A stretch of DNA of 64,000 bases from Candidatus Latescibacterota bacterium (GTDB lineage Bacteria > Latescibacterota > UBA2968 > GCA-2709665): assembly GCA_965219995.1 (NCBI GenBank), contig CBDCOX010000002.1, positions 2,144,001 to 2,208,000 on the forward strand. Direction: 5' to 3'. Below the pieces are notes generated by a model. It made no database searches. It had not been told where the DNA came from and saw only the letters and a list, made by a program, of their open reading frames with translations. Positions 20,576 to 30,251 of the stretch are shown piece by piece (the first letter of the stretch is position 1; every line of letters starts with the position of its first letter). The translations under genes and the position numbers were made by a program.

Positions 20576-22657
20576 TCAAGACGGACGGGCTCGCAGGCCC
20601 TGTCTCTCCGATCGCACGACGATGGCCTCAACGATCATCAGGATGAACGCCAGCCCCAGAGCATGCCGCCACAACTCCCTTCCCCCGCGCGCTTCCCTGA
20701 TCGCGTCTGCCGGAGAAGCACCCGGTTCCACAATTCGCAGACGGGCTTGGCCGAACACCCGTCTCAGCCGCTCCAGTGAGGAGGGCGTCGGATCCCCTTC
20801 GTCGGGGTCGATACGAACGGCGAACCGATCCGCAAGCCGATCCCTGGCATAAATCTCCCACACACCTGGGATATCCACCTCCCCGACCGGCCAGACCGAC
20901 TGAACGCCGCGCTGTTCGGGCCAGATCGTTCGCGGCTCTCCCGCGGGAGGCTTCAGCAGGGCCTCGCGGGCCTGAACGTCGGAACGGTTGCGGTATATCC
21001 TTTCGCCGACGGAATAATCGGCCTGACCGGGAGAACCTGCCGCGAGATATCGGCTCAGTCGATGGATGAACGGTACGAAGAACCCCGTAAGGGGCAGGTC
21101 GGTCCATCGCCGATCCGTATTCAATCCGGAGGCAAACAGCATCACTCGACCGGCGCCCACACCGGTTTCGGCAAGGGCGGGGTCGCCGTTGCGGAAAAGA
21201 AGGACGGGCTTTGCCGTTTCCCCCAATCGTATCCGAATGTACGCGTAAAACCGTGGGCTTCGAAGCCCCTCCGCTGAAGCGATGGCCTCGAATATCGAAT
21301 GATCAGGCGGCGGTTCACGCAGCCTGTGATAGGTGGTTTCCTTGCCTGGAGAACCTTCAATACCCACGAGCAACGCCGGAAGCAAGCCCGGAAGCAGCGC
21401 GGAATTGTAAAACCGGAAGTCCACCCGATCCCCAAGGAAAATCATCAGGCCCATACCGTTCCGAACCCGATACTCAAGGACCTTCGAGGCGCCGGCGGAC
21501 AGCCGCGGCACGTTGAACAGCAGGGCAGCGTCGGTCCGGTGCAGAAGATCAGCATTCAATTCGTCCGGCCGGACCGTCCGAACCGATACCGTCTGCACCG
21601 ACCCGGCTTCGAGGGCCCTCGAGACAAAATAGGCCTCGTCCTCGTTCTCGGCCACCAGCAGCACCCGGATACGCTCAGGGATATTCAGGACCGAAGTGTA
21701 GACGTTGTCCGCCGCCAGGTCATCGTCGCCCAGTTCCACGCGCAGGGGTACCTGTCCTCCCCTCTCCGGGGCGAATCGGAAGTGGAGACGTCGCGAGGCG
21801 CCGGGCTCCGTACGAATCACCTGCTGACCGATCCGGCGTCCGTCAAGGTAAACCTGTACCGGCGCACGCAGCCTGACGGGACCGCCGTAGTCCGTCAGCG
21901 ATACCCCCAGCGTCGAAGCGCTGCCGGCGGCAAGAATCCCTCCGATCGGCGACGCGTCCCGGATCCCCACGTTATTCACCTCGGATGCCCGTACCGGAAT
22001 GCAAAACACGGCAATATCGCGTCCGTCAAAGAGCGTATCCGGTACCGCCGACCAGCCGTTTCGCGAGAAATCCGAAATGACGTAGAGCTCTCTGTTCTGA
22101 ATCGACGATCGGGAGACCTGCGACAGCGCAGCTTCGAGCGCCGGCCGAAAGTCCGTTCCTCTGTGTGTGGACTCAAGGACCTCCAGCCTGGCCGCAAGAC
22201 GGTCGGGGCGTTCGGGCCCGATTTCCTCCACCCGGTCATCCACCTGAAACAGGCGTACGTCGTCCTGTTTATCGAACATTTGCAGGACCTCTTTCGTCCT
22301 GTCTCGTGCGCGGCCAAACAGGGTTCCTTCCGGTACCCTGTAGCTCATGCTCAGAGACCGGTCGAGCAGAAGCACTGCAGACGTTCGCAAGGCGAAATTC
22401 CCCGCTACGCCTTTCAACGTGGGACGGGCAAACCCGAGCACCAGGAACAAAATGACGAGCGTGCGCAGAGTCAGGAGCAGGATCTGCTTCAACCTGACCC
22501 GCCGCATTCGATCCTGCTGAAGGGTCTGCAGGAGAGCCACGTTACTGAACGCAACCGTCACGGTCCGCCGACGGTTGAGCAGGTGAATCGCCAGCGGCAG
22601 CAGCGCGGCCCATAACCCGTGCAGCATGGCCGGTGATGTAAAGGAGAGACCAAACAT
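20576..22657 (-). CDS. BatA and VWA domain membrane protein
   Basis: LPLAIHLLNRRR..VAFSN, LLTLR...ARP, MIDAS motif DRSLSM, C-terminal ELW plus transmembrane helix. Confidence 0.85.
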   Translation of the reverse strand: MFGLSFTSPAMLHGLWAALLPLAIHLLNRRRTVTVAFSNVALLQTLQQDRMRRVRLKQILLLTLRTLVILFLVLGFARPTLKGVAGNFALRTSAVLLLDRSLSMSYRVPEGTLFGRARDRTKEVLQMFDKQDDVRLFQVDDRVEEIGPERPDRLAARLEVLESTHRGTDFRPALEAALSQVSRSSIQNRELYVISDFSRNGWSAVPDTLFDGRDIAVFCIPVRASEVNNVGIRDASPIGGILAAGSASTLGVSLTDYGGPVRLRAPVQVYLDGRRIGQQVIRTEPGASRRLHFRFAPERGGQVPLRVELGDDDLAADNVYTSVLNIPERIRVLLVAENEDEAYFVSRALEAGSVQTVSVRTVRPDELNADLLHRTDAALLFNVPRLSAGASKVLEYRVRNGMGLMIFLGDRVDFRFYNSALLPGLLPALLVGIEGSPGKETTYHRLREPPPDHSIFEAIASAEGLRSPRFYAYIRIRLGETAKPVLLFRNGDPALAETGVGAGRVMLFASGLNTDRRWTDLPLTGFFVPFIHRLSRYLAAGSPGQADYSVGERIYRNRSDVQAREALLKPPAGEPRTIWPEQRGVQSVWPVGEVDIPGVWEIYARDRLADRFAVRIDPDEGDPTPSSLERLRRVFGQARLRIVEPGASPADAIREARGGRELWRHALGLAFILMIVEAIVVRSERQGLRARPS

Positions 22658-22869
22658 GCCGATCAGACCTGGAAGTGTGGAGTCAGGCGTTCGCGTTGCC
22701 CCATCTGCGGGCCGGCGACGAAGCTCGCGCACCGGTCCGCTATCCGGGTTCCGTCCCGCCGGATCGCCGGATGCCCGGAGGGGACCCCGGAACTCCGCGC
22801 CACGTATAAAAAAAACCTGCTTCTCAAACGATCGCAGGCAGTTGCAATTCGGGACGGGTTCTATCTGGA

Positions 22870-23331
22870 TCAGGAATGGTGTTTCTCTTCTTCTTCGATA
22901 CAGGCGATGAGCGACTCCCGGTCTTCCGATTCGATGAGATGCCGGCGAAACGCCTCGCCCTTGAGCAAGCGGGAGATGCGCGCAAGCGCCTTGATGTGCG
23001 GTCCGGAAACGTCCATTGGCGAAACCAGAAGAAAGAAGATGAACGTCGGCCGGTCGTCCAGCGCGTCGAAGTCAACGCCTTCCCGCTTGATCCCCAGTAC
23101 GCCGCCCAGTTCGCTCACGTATTCGGATTTGCCGTGCGGAATGGCGATCCCGTGTCCGATGCCCGTACTCATGATTTCCTCGCGCAGGAGCACGGCGTCC
23201 AGGACCTTCCCACGATCGGTAATTTTGTCACCGTCTACGGCATGGACCAGCTCCTCGAGTATTTCCCGTTTGTTCCGGCCCCTCAACCCGGCAATGACAG
23301 ACCTGCCGGAAAGAATTTCCATAAGGGTCAT
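22870..23331 (-). CDS. PTS EIIA (fructose/Ntr-type) protein
   Basis: RE..MSTGIGHGIAIPH phospho-His motif, VDFDALD, HIKALARISRLL. Confidence 0.9.
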   Translation of the reverse strand: MTLMEILSGRSVIAGLRGRNKREILEELVHAVDGDKITDRGKVLDAVLLREEIMSTGIGHGIAIPHGKSEYVSELGGVLGIKREGVDFDALDDRPTFIFFLLVSPMDVSGPHIKALARISRLLKGEAFRRHLIESEDRESLIACIEEEEKHHS

Positions 23332-23484
23332 GAAAACGTCTCCCGCGAACACCCCCAAAACGCCGTCAACATCCTGTGCCTGAGCCTCCTGGTAAAGCGA
23401 AGCGAAAAATAACCCATACCCGGTTCGTAGTCAAGCGAAATGGCGCAAACGAACGCGGGGTTGCGCCGATGTTGAGACCTGCGG

Positions 23485-25278
23485 CTATCCCGTCGACCGG
23501 CCCCGAATCAGCAGTTCCCGCTCATAGCTGCGCAGCAGGTCCGAACGGGTGATGATTCCTTCCAACTCTACCGGCGAACCGGTACGAAATACCGGCAGTG
23601 TATCCGCATCCGTGTTCGAAAACTGAACAAGGGCGTCGGCCAGCGAACTATACAGCTCGAGGGCGGCCGGCGGTTTGCCCATCACGTCCTCGGCGATGAG
23701 CAACGCGTGAATATCGTACTCAAGCATCACTTCCCGTATGTCGTGAAACCAGATCATACCCTTGAACCGGCCCTTGTCGTCCATGACGGGGAAATCGTTC
23801 AAATTGCTGCGGCCGATCAGGTCGACGATTTCACGCAGCGGGGTGTGTTCCCTGATGAAGTCGAAATCCGGGCGAACGATTCGCGAGACCGGGAGTTTCT
23901 CCAATACCGACAGGTCCCGTCCCTGGTGTATATTCAACCCCCTGCGTCTGAGTTTGAGCGAATAGATGGACTCGCGCTCGATGACACGCGCCATCACGAC
24001 CGCGAGAACCGTCGTAAACATCAACGGCAGGATGAGGCGGTAGTTCCCTGTCATCTCCACAATAATCAGAGAGGACGTCAGGGGGGCGTGCGTGGTCGCA
24101 GCGACGAAGGCGCTCATGCCGACCACCGCGTATGCGCCGGAGGGACTGATGACGCCGGGCAGCCAGGTCTCCGCGAGGCGGCCGAAGGCCCCGCCGAGCG
24201 TGGCCCCCATGAAGAGCGACGGCGCGAAGAGGCCGCCCGATGCGCCGGACCCGACCGTCAGCGAGGTACTGAGCAGTTTCAATCCCAGCAATAGACCCAG
24301 CATTGGCAGCAGGATCTGACCGTGAAGCGCCGCGCCGATGATCTCGTAGCCCACACCCAGGACGGGCGGACACCCGAGACCGATCATACCCACCAGTGCG
24401 CCCCCGACGGCCGGTTTCAGCCATACGGGCATCCCGTACGCACGGCGGTTGAAGAGATCCTCCGTGGCATACAGCAGGCGTATGAATGCGGCACCGGCGA
24501 CACCCGCGAGAACGGCCAGTATAACGTACCATCCCAACTCGTGGAGATTGACGAACTGATAGTCCGGCACCTCGAATACCTGCCGTTCTCCCATGTAGGC
24601 CTTTGCGACGACGGCCGACATCACGGAAGCGATGACCACGGGGGTGAAGGCGGCGATTGTAAAGTCCCCGAGGATAATCTCCAGGGAAAAGAGCACACCC
24701 GCGATCGGTGCGTTGAAAATGGCCGAGATACCGGCCGAAGCACCACAGGCAATCAGTGTTTTCAGGTTCGCTTCGGAGAATCTGAAGAGTCGCCCGACGG
24801 TGGATCCCCACGCGGCGCCGATCTGGATAATCGGCCCTTCGCTTCCGGCCGAACCGCCGGATCCGAGCGTGAACGCAGACGCAAACGCCTTGGCAACCAT
24901 CACGCGCGCGCGAATGACCCCGCGTCTGGTGATGATTGCGTTCATGACTTCCGCAACGCCGGGCCCGCGCGCCTCTACCGCGTAGAAGCAGGCGATCAGA
25001 CCCGCGGCCAGACCACCCATGGCAGGAATGAGGGGAAACAGGAAGGATTTGCCCAGCAATGCCGGCGCGTCTACAAGAAGCAACCTGTGAGCCGAATCCA
25101 GCAGCCACTGAAACAGCACAGAACCGGCCCCGCAACCAACCCCGATCAGAATGGCCAGCCCGATCAGGAAGGTCTGTTCGCTGAGGTTGAATCCTGGGAA
25201 GAACCGAACGATCCGGTTTCGGAAGCGGTTTGCCGTGTTGGGGGAAGGCAAAACTGATGGCGCGGGATCAACATCCAC
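23485..25278 (-). CDS. CLC-family anion channel/antiporter with CBS pair
   Basis: GSAGSEGP, FNAPIAG..F.LE, GGLFAP, two C-terminal CBS domains. Start GTG after GAGG. Confidence 0.92.
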   Translation of the reverse strand: MDVDPAPSVLPSPNTANRFRNRIVRFFPGFNLSEQTFLIGLAILIGVGCGAGSVLFQWLLDSAHRLLLVDAPALLGKSFLFPLIPAMGGLAAGLIACFYAVEARGPGVAEVMNAIITRRGVIRARVMVAKAFASAFTLGSGGSAGSEGPIIQIGAAWGSTVGRLFRFSEANLKTLIACGASAGISAIFNAPIAGVLFSLEIILGDFTIAAFTPVVIASVMSAVVAKAYMGERQVFEVPDYQFVNLHELGWYVILAVLAGVAGAAFIRLLYATEDLFNRRAYGMPVWLKPAVGGALVGMIGLGCPPVLGVGYEIIGAALHGQILLPMLGLLLGLKLLSTSLTVGSGASGGLFAPSLFMGATLGGAFGRLAETWLPGVISPSGAYAVVGMSAFVAATTHAPLTSSLIIVEMTGNYRLILPLMFTTVLAVVMARVIERESIYSLKLRRRGLNIHQGRDLSVLEKLPVSRIVRPDFDFIREHTPLREIVDLIGRSNLNDFPVMDDKGRFKGMIWFHDIREVMLEYDIHALLIAEDVMGKPPAALELYSSLADALVQFSNTDADTLPVFRTGSPVELEGIITRSDLLRSYERELLIRGRSTG

Positions 25279-25390
25279 CGTATAATCCCTCTGTTGCGGT
25301 TGGCGGTCGCCGAAGGTGCGACAGGTGAGTATACCCGTCGCCACGCGCACTGTCAAGCGGAAAGCGGAAATTTCATACCACGTGAAAACT

Positions 25391-25416
25391 TGAAACAATT
25401 GGGATGAATCGGCGTA
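25391..25416 (+). promoter_or_regulatory. ECF (SigW-like) promoter upstream of the first GWxTD gene
   Basis: TGAAAC-N16-CGTA, matching the B. subtilis sigmaW consensus, about 90 nt before the ATG. Confidence 0.6.
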
Positions 25417-25508
25417 AAACGGGGGAAATCTAACCCGCGGCCTGGAATCATGCCGATTCCGCAGTCGTTGTATCCGGCTCCATTCCGCTCGAAAATGAAA
25501 GGACCGTC

Positions 25509-27917
25509 ATGCGAACTGCCGGACCCGTACCGAGGTCTCTCTCCATCGTGTGCTTTATTGTTCTGTTGGCGCCGTCGTACGTTTTCTCTCTGCCGCCGTC
25601 AACCGCGGACTCCCTCTACGCTCAGGGTCAAACGGCACAACGGCTGGACGACGTGCGCGAAATCGTCTCCCGGCTCAACGCCGCCCTCCCCGAAACCGAC
25701 CATCCGGCGGGATTGCTGGTTCGTATCGGCAACCTGTACGTGCGGCTTCAGGAGGCGGACAGCGCGAACGTCGCCTTCAATGCCGCCGTTGACCGTGACT
25801 CCACGCTGGCGGGAGCCTTTCTCGGCCTGGGCGAGGTCCTGCTGGAGCTCCGGAACAGGCCCCGGTCCGCGCTAGTACCGCTCCAGAGGGCCGTCGACCT
25901 GGATTCCACGTACGCGGAAGCCCATTTCATGATGGCCCGCGCGTATCTGCGTTCCAGAAAAACCACGGCCGCAAGGCGCGCGGCGGACAGGAGCATCCAG
26001 GTGGATCCGAAGTTCGCGGCGCCCTACCTGTTTCTGGCAAAGCTCTACCAGCGGGAGAACAACAACCGGGCAGCCCATACGTTTTACAAGCAGTATCTCG
26101 AACAGCGCCCGAACGACCAGACCGCAGCCTACGAATTCGCCGTAGAACTGCTCAAGCAGAAAGAACTCGACAGGGCGAGGGAAATCGCCGAGCGCCTGGG
26201 CGGGTTGCGCGGCTTGCCGATTGTCGCCCAGGCACGGATGGCCGATCGGGACTACGAAGGTGCGCTCGCGGCTTTCTCGCAGTACATCGACGGCCTCGTT
26301 CCGGAGGAACAGGCCCTCTTCGAAGACATCTCGCTGGTGGGCCTCCCCCGCGAAGTGAAGGCATTTCGAACGACGACGCCGGAGACCCGCGAGGCGTTCC
26401 TCCGAAACTTCTGGCTCAGAAAAGACCCCTTCAAATCTTCTGCCGGCGCCATGCGGCGAGCCGAGCATTACCGCCGGGTGTGGTACTCGCGTACCTTCTT
26501 CGGAAGGAAGAAATTCCCGTATGACAGGAGGGGCCAGATCTATATTCGATACGGTGAGCCGGACTTCCGTTCCAGCTGGCGCGAACTCAATGCCCAGATG
26601 CCGCTTAACGTCCAGCGGGTGCAGGAGCGGATGGCCCATCAGCTGTACGGCAACAAGGCCCTGGCCCTGACGTTCGTGGGGCCGGTCTATCCGATTCGCT
26701 CCGCCCAGGCCGCGGAAAACACCTGGCGCAACTCAGAGGTGCGGGCAGCCTCGCAACCCATTCAGACCATAGACGAAGCCGCTGTCGGCCTGGAACGCTA
26801 CAAGCCCATAACCTCCAGCGGCGACTGGTCCGCCGTTCCCTGGGCGGTCTGGATCTACGCCGATATCGACGGCGGCGTGGAAATCGCCTTCACCGACGAG
26901 TTCAATACGGGAAACTTCGACTACGCGCCGGAACCGGTCCTCGGCCCGGAAGATATCAATGAATATAACATGCAGAGCCGCGGCGGCCCGTTCCGCAACA
27001 TGATCAACCGGCTGAACACGCTGTCGCCCGCGGCCCGGATGACCAGGGTCGCGAGCAAGGAACCCGAACGATTCGCCTTCGAAGCGCTGGAACCCCTGGA
27101 CTTCTATTACGAGGCCCTGTCCTTCAGAGGGCTGGACGGCAAGACCGAACTTCAACTCAACCTGGGACTGCCCATTGACAATGTCGCCCGGCCCGAAGAC
27201 ATCGACACGACCGTCGTCGTCAATCGCCGCATCGCGCTCATCGACAGCCGCCGCGCACGACTCCACAAACGGAAAGACGACCTCGCCGTACCGGTTACGG
27301 ACGCAAACCTGGGTCGGAGCCTGCTGGCGCTGGACCGCATTGACATGGCTGCCGCACCCGGCATGTACCAGCTTGCAGTGGAGGCATGGCGAAAAAACAC
27401 GGACATGCTCCAGGTATACCAGCAGACTCTGGATCTGCCCGATTACAGCGGCGACGAACTCATGATGAGCGATATACAGATCGCGCAGAGCGTGCGGGAA
27501 GCCACTGACGGGGCCGATGCCAAATTCGTACGTCAGGGTTGGAACATACTTCCCGCGCCGTCCCGCACCTTCTACATAGGAAACTCCGTTTTTGTCTATT
27601 TCGAAGTCTATAATCTGGAAAAAGACGACTTCGGAAACACCCGCTACGAAGTGACCTTCGAGGTTATCTCCAAGTCAACGAGCAGCACATCGCCCAGAAC
27701 CTTCCTTCCCAGAATCCGCAAGGACGGCGAAGCCATTGAAGTACGATACGAGCAGGTCGGTACGGCTGTCTGGGTCTCGGATTTTGTGGAACTGGATCTG
27801 GGACAGGCGGATCGGGGTCGTTATTCGCTCCACATGACGGTCAAGGACCTGAATGCCGACCGTACCATCAAACGCGACAGTCTCTTTCGGATTGCATCGC
27901 CCCCGCGCCGGCGATAA
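25509..27917 (+). CDS. Secreted TPR + GWxTD-family domain protein
   Basis: Signal peptide, TPRs, FLRNFWLRKDP...EHYRRV, DRRGQIYIRYGEPD, C-terminal MSDIQIA and VYFEVYNL beta-sandwich. Confidence 0.8.
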   Translation: MRTAGPVPRSLSIVCFIVLLAPSYVFSLPPSTADSLYAQGQTAQRLDDVREIVSRLNAALPETDHPAGLLVRIGNLYVRLQEADSANVAFNAAVDRDSTLAGAFLGLGEVLLELRNRPRSALVPLQRAVDLDSTYAEAHFMMARAYLRSRKTTAARRAADRSIQVDPKFAAPYLFLAKLYQRENNNRAAHTFYKQYLEQRPNDQTAAYEFAVELLKQKELDRAREIAERLGGLRGLPIVAQARMADRDYEGALAAFSQYIDGLVPEEQALFEDISLVGLPREVKAFRTTTPETREAFLRNFWLRKDPFKSSAGAMRRAEHYRRVWYSRTFFGRKKFPYDRRGQIYIRYGEPDFRSSWRELNAQMPLNVQRVQERMAHQLYGNKALALTFVGPVYPIRSAQAAENTWRNSEVRAASQPIQTIDEAAVGLERYKPITSSGDWSAVPWAVWIYADIDGGVEIAFTDEFNTGNFDYAPEPVLGPEDINEYNMQSRGGPFRNMINRLNTLSPAARMTRVASKEPERFAFEALEPLDFYYEALSFRGLDGKTELQLNLGLPIDNVARPEDIDTTVVVNRRIALIDSRRARLHKRKDDLAVPVTDANLGRSLLALDRIDMAAAPGMYQLAVEAWRKNTDMLQVYQQTLDLPDYSGDELMMSDIQIAQSVREATDGADAKFVRQGWNILPAPSRTFYIGNSVFVYFEVYNLEKDDFGNTRYEVTFEVISKSTSSTSPRTFLPRIRKDGEAIEVRYEQVGTAVWVSDFVELDLGQADRGRYSLHMTVKDLNADRTIKRDSLFRIASPPRRR

Positions 27918-27947
27918 TGGCGCCGGCAGCATCGACGATCCGGCCGA

Positions 27948-28496
27948 TCAGCCCACCCGCATCACCAGGGTGTCGGCCACACGATCGTGCAGCGCCTGCC
28001 GGTCCGGATGACGGCGCGTGATCCAGACAAGAACGAAACCCAGCAGCCAGCCCGAATAAAAGACGATCGACCAGGCATGGAGGCTTCCGGCATCCAAATC
28101 CGGCGGCGGCGTCAGGACGCGCCCCGCGCCCAGAGCCACCTGATGTGGATCCACGTACGGGTTCAGCGCGGAAAGGGCAATGACAAACCCGAAGACCGGC
28201 GTCCACTTCAGCGCGGAACGAACCAATGCCCTTGCGCGCCCTATCGCGCCGCCGTCCGCGGAGATGACTTTCAGGCTCATCATAATCTTGCCCGGCGTCT
28301 GTCCCCTGCGTGCCAGAAACACGGTACAGTAGACCAGCGTTATCCCATATTCCAGAACAAGCGCCGCAATGGGCGAGGGCGTGATTTCTCTCAATGCGCG
28401 GGAGAGCGGCAGATCCAGCAGCTTCAGCATCAGCACGTCGATCACCAACGCCAGAAACCGCTTCCCCAGCCCGGCCATCTCATCCTGCATCAGCAT
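27948..28496 (-). CDS. RDD family membrane protein
   Basis: AGLGKRFLALVID, GQTPGK...LKV, RQALHDRVADTLV. Confidence 0.9.
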   Translation of the reverse strand: MLMQDEMAGLGKRFLALVIDVLMLKLLDLPLSRALREITPSPIAALVLEYGITLVYCTVFLARRGQTPGKIMMSLKVISADGGAIGRARALVRSALKWTPVFGFVIALSALNPYVDPHQVALGAGRVLTPPPDLDAGSLHAWSIVFYSGWLLGFVLVWITRRHPDRQALHDRVADTLVMRVG

Positions 28497-28552
28497 CGTC
28501 TCGAGCCCCTGCTTCTGAGCACAAATAAGATCCGTATGAAGGGATATGAAAC

Positions 28553-29590
28553 GTGCGACTTCTGCAATTTTCCGACCCGTCCGCCCCGAGTCCTTCGCGT
28601 CTCGGGCTCGTTGAGGATGACCTGGTCCTGGACCTCACGGCGTGCGAGCCGTACCCCGCCTCGGTCTACGACCTTTACTATGCGCATGGAGGTGAAGCCC
28701 GGGGGTTGGACAGGGTGGTCGCGGACATCGACACCGCGAACGCCCGTATCCGCAGCCTGGCGGAACTGATGAACAACGATCCGCACGGCGGACGGCCGCA
28801 CCTGATCTCTCCGGTCACGCCGCCGCCCGGCCGACCCCACAGGTTGCGTGTCTGGCTGGCAGGCGTCACCCACGCCGACAGCGCCAGGCTTCGGGAGACG
28901 GAAGCGAAAGAGGCCACGGGCGGCGCCGTAAACGTCTACGACCAGAAATACCGTGAATGCGCGGGCGGCGGTATACCTGAACTCTTCGCGAAGACCGGTG
29001 CGGATGTGCTGGCCGGACATCGCGGGCGCATCGCCCGGCCCGACGACACCCGGCGCCTCGTGCCGGAAACCGAACTGGTCACCCTGTACGGGCTGGACTC
29101 GCGTGGACAGATCGAGCGTCTGGGCTATACCGGCGGCAACGACTACACCGACAACGGGATTGAAGCCGAAAACCCGCTGAATCTTCCCCAGGCCAAGAAC
29201 TGGGCCGGCGGTTGCGCGAGCCTGGGGCCGGTTCTGGTCACGGATTCCGAGTTCGACGACGCCGGCGTCGCTGTCTCATGCGAAATCCTGAGAGACAATG
29301 TTCGTATCGCCCGCAAGACCGGACATACCGGACAGAGCCACCTCAATATGCCCGACCGCCTGTTCCACCTGGAGAGTTCTCTTTTCAGCCGTCTTCCCCT
29401 GCAGGAGAAGACGCTGCAGTTGCTGTACTGGGGCACGCCCATCGTCTTTTCGGAAAGAGACCTGGCCAACGGCCTTCAGGTTGACGACATCGTCCTGATG
29501 TCCTTCGGCGGGATCGGCTTCCTGCAGAACACGATTGCGCCGTTTCCCGACAGCCGCCAACTGGAGCGGCTGGAAGCCGGTAGGCGCTAG
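28553..29590 (+). CDS. Fumarylacetoacetate-hydrolase family protein (2-keto-3-deoxy sugar-acid dehydratase-like)
   Basis: VWLAGVTH..S, PELFAK, VPETEL, GND...IEAENPL.LPQAK, SLGP. Confidence 0.7.
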   Translation: MRLLQFSDPSAPSPSRLGLVEDDLVLDLTACEPYPASVYDLYYAHGGEARGLDRVVADIDTANARIRSLAELMNNDPHGGRPHLISPVTPPPGRPHRLRVWLAGVTHADSARLRETEAKEATGGAVNVYDQKYRECAGGGIPELFAKTGADVLAGHRGRIARPDDTRRLVPETELVTLYGLDSRGQIERLGYTGGNDYTDNGIEAENPLNLPQAKNWAGGCASLGPVLVTDSEFDDAGVAVSCEILRDNVRIARKTGHTGQSHLNMPDRLFHLESSLFSRLPLQEKTLQLLYWGTPIVFSERDLANGLQVDDIVLMSFGGIGFLQNTIAPFPDSRQLERLEAGRR

Positions 29591-29604
29591 GCGGCGAATT
29601 CGCG

Positions 29605-29916
29605 CTACAGCACCCGGTCGTGACCCCACGGGTCCTGTTTGACAATCTCGAATTCCTTTACCGGACTGCGGCCGCGCGGCGGGTCGTGCAACGTTGAAGG
29701 ATTGAAGGAGGCCCCGGCCAGCTTCAGCAGCGATTCCAGTTGGGGTTGACCCAGCGTGAGTCCTTCAAGGAACATCTCGTCGCCGTTGATATCCTTCACG
29801 GTTGTTCCGTCCTGCCCCACAAACACCCGGCGCAACGCCCGCAAGTTCGCACGGTGTTCGCGAAAATACGTCAGCGCGCGGGCGGGATCTCCGCCGTCGT
29901 ACCTGAGGTCGGGCAT
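29605..29916 (-). CDS. Hypothetical protein
   Basis: GGAGG RBS before MPDLRY. Protein-like composition, and it fills the gap between convergent and divergent genes. Confidence 0.6.
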   Translation of the reverse strand: MPDLRYDGGDPARALTYFREHRANLRALRRVFVGQDGTTVKDINGDEMFLEGLTLGQPQLESLLKLAGASFNPSTLHDPPRGRSPVKEFEIVKQDPWGHDRVL

Positions 29917-30251
29917 CGTTTGCCTCCGCGTTTCATTCGTGCGCATGGATCCTGAAGGAGAGACTGTAGATCAGACTGAAATATGGAAAAGCCCCCGAAA
30001 TCGGGCAAGCGGATTCCACGACCGTCCGCGGCAATTCACCTCCCGCCATTGGAGTCCTTCAAACGGAAGAGGTCAAAACAGCGCTTGCAGACAAGGTGCA
30101 ATTGAGTTATATTAAGCCATCCTATTTCTTATAATTTAGTTTGTCTTATTGTTCATATTATCGAAAATGCAATGATTCCGGTCGTAAACCGGACCGGCAG
30201 TCGGACGTCAGAGTACAAGACGTCGAGTGCCCGTTGAAGAGGAGAACCGCC

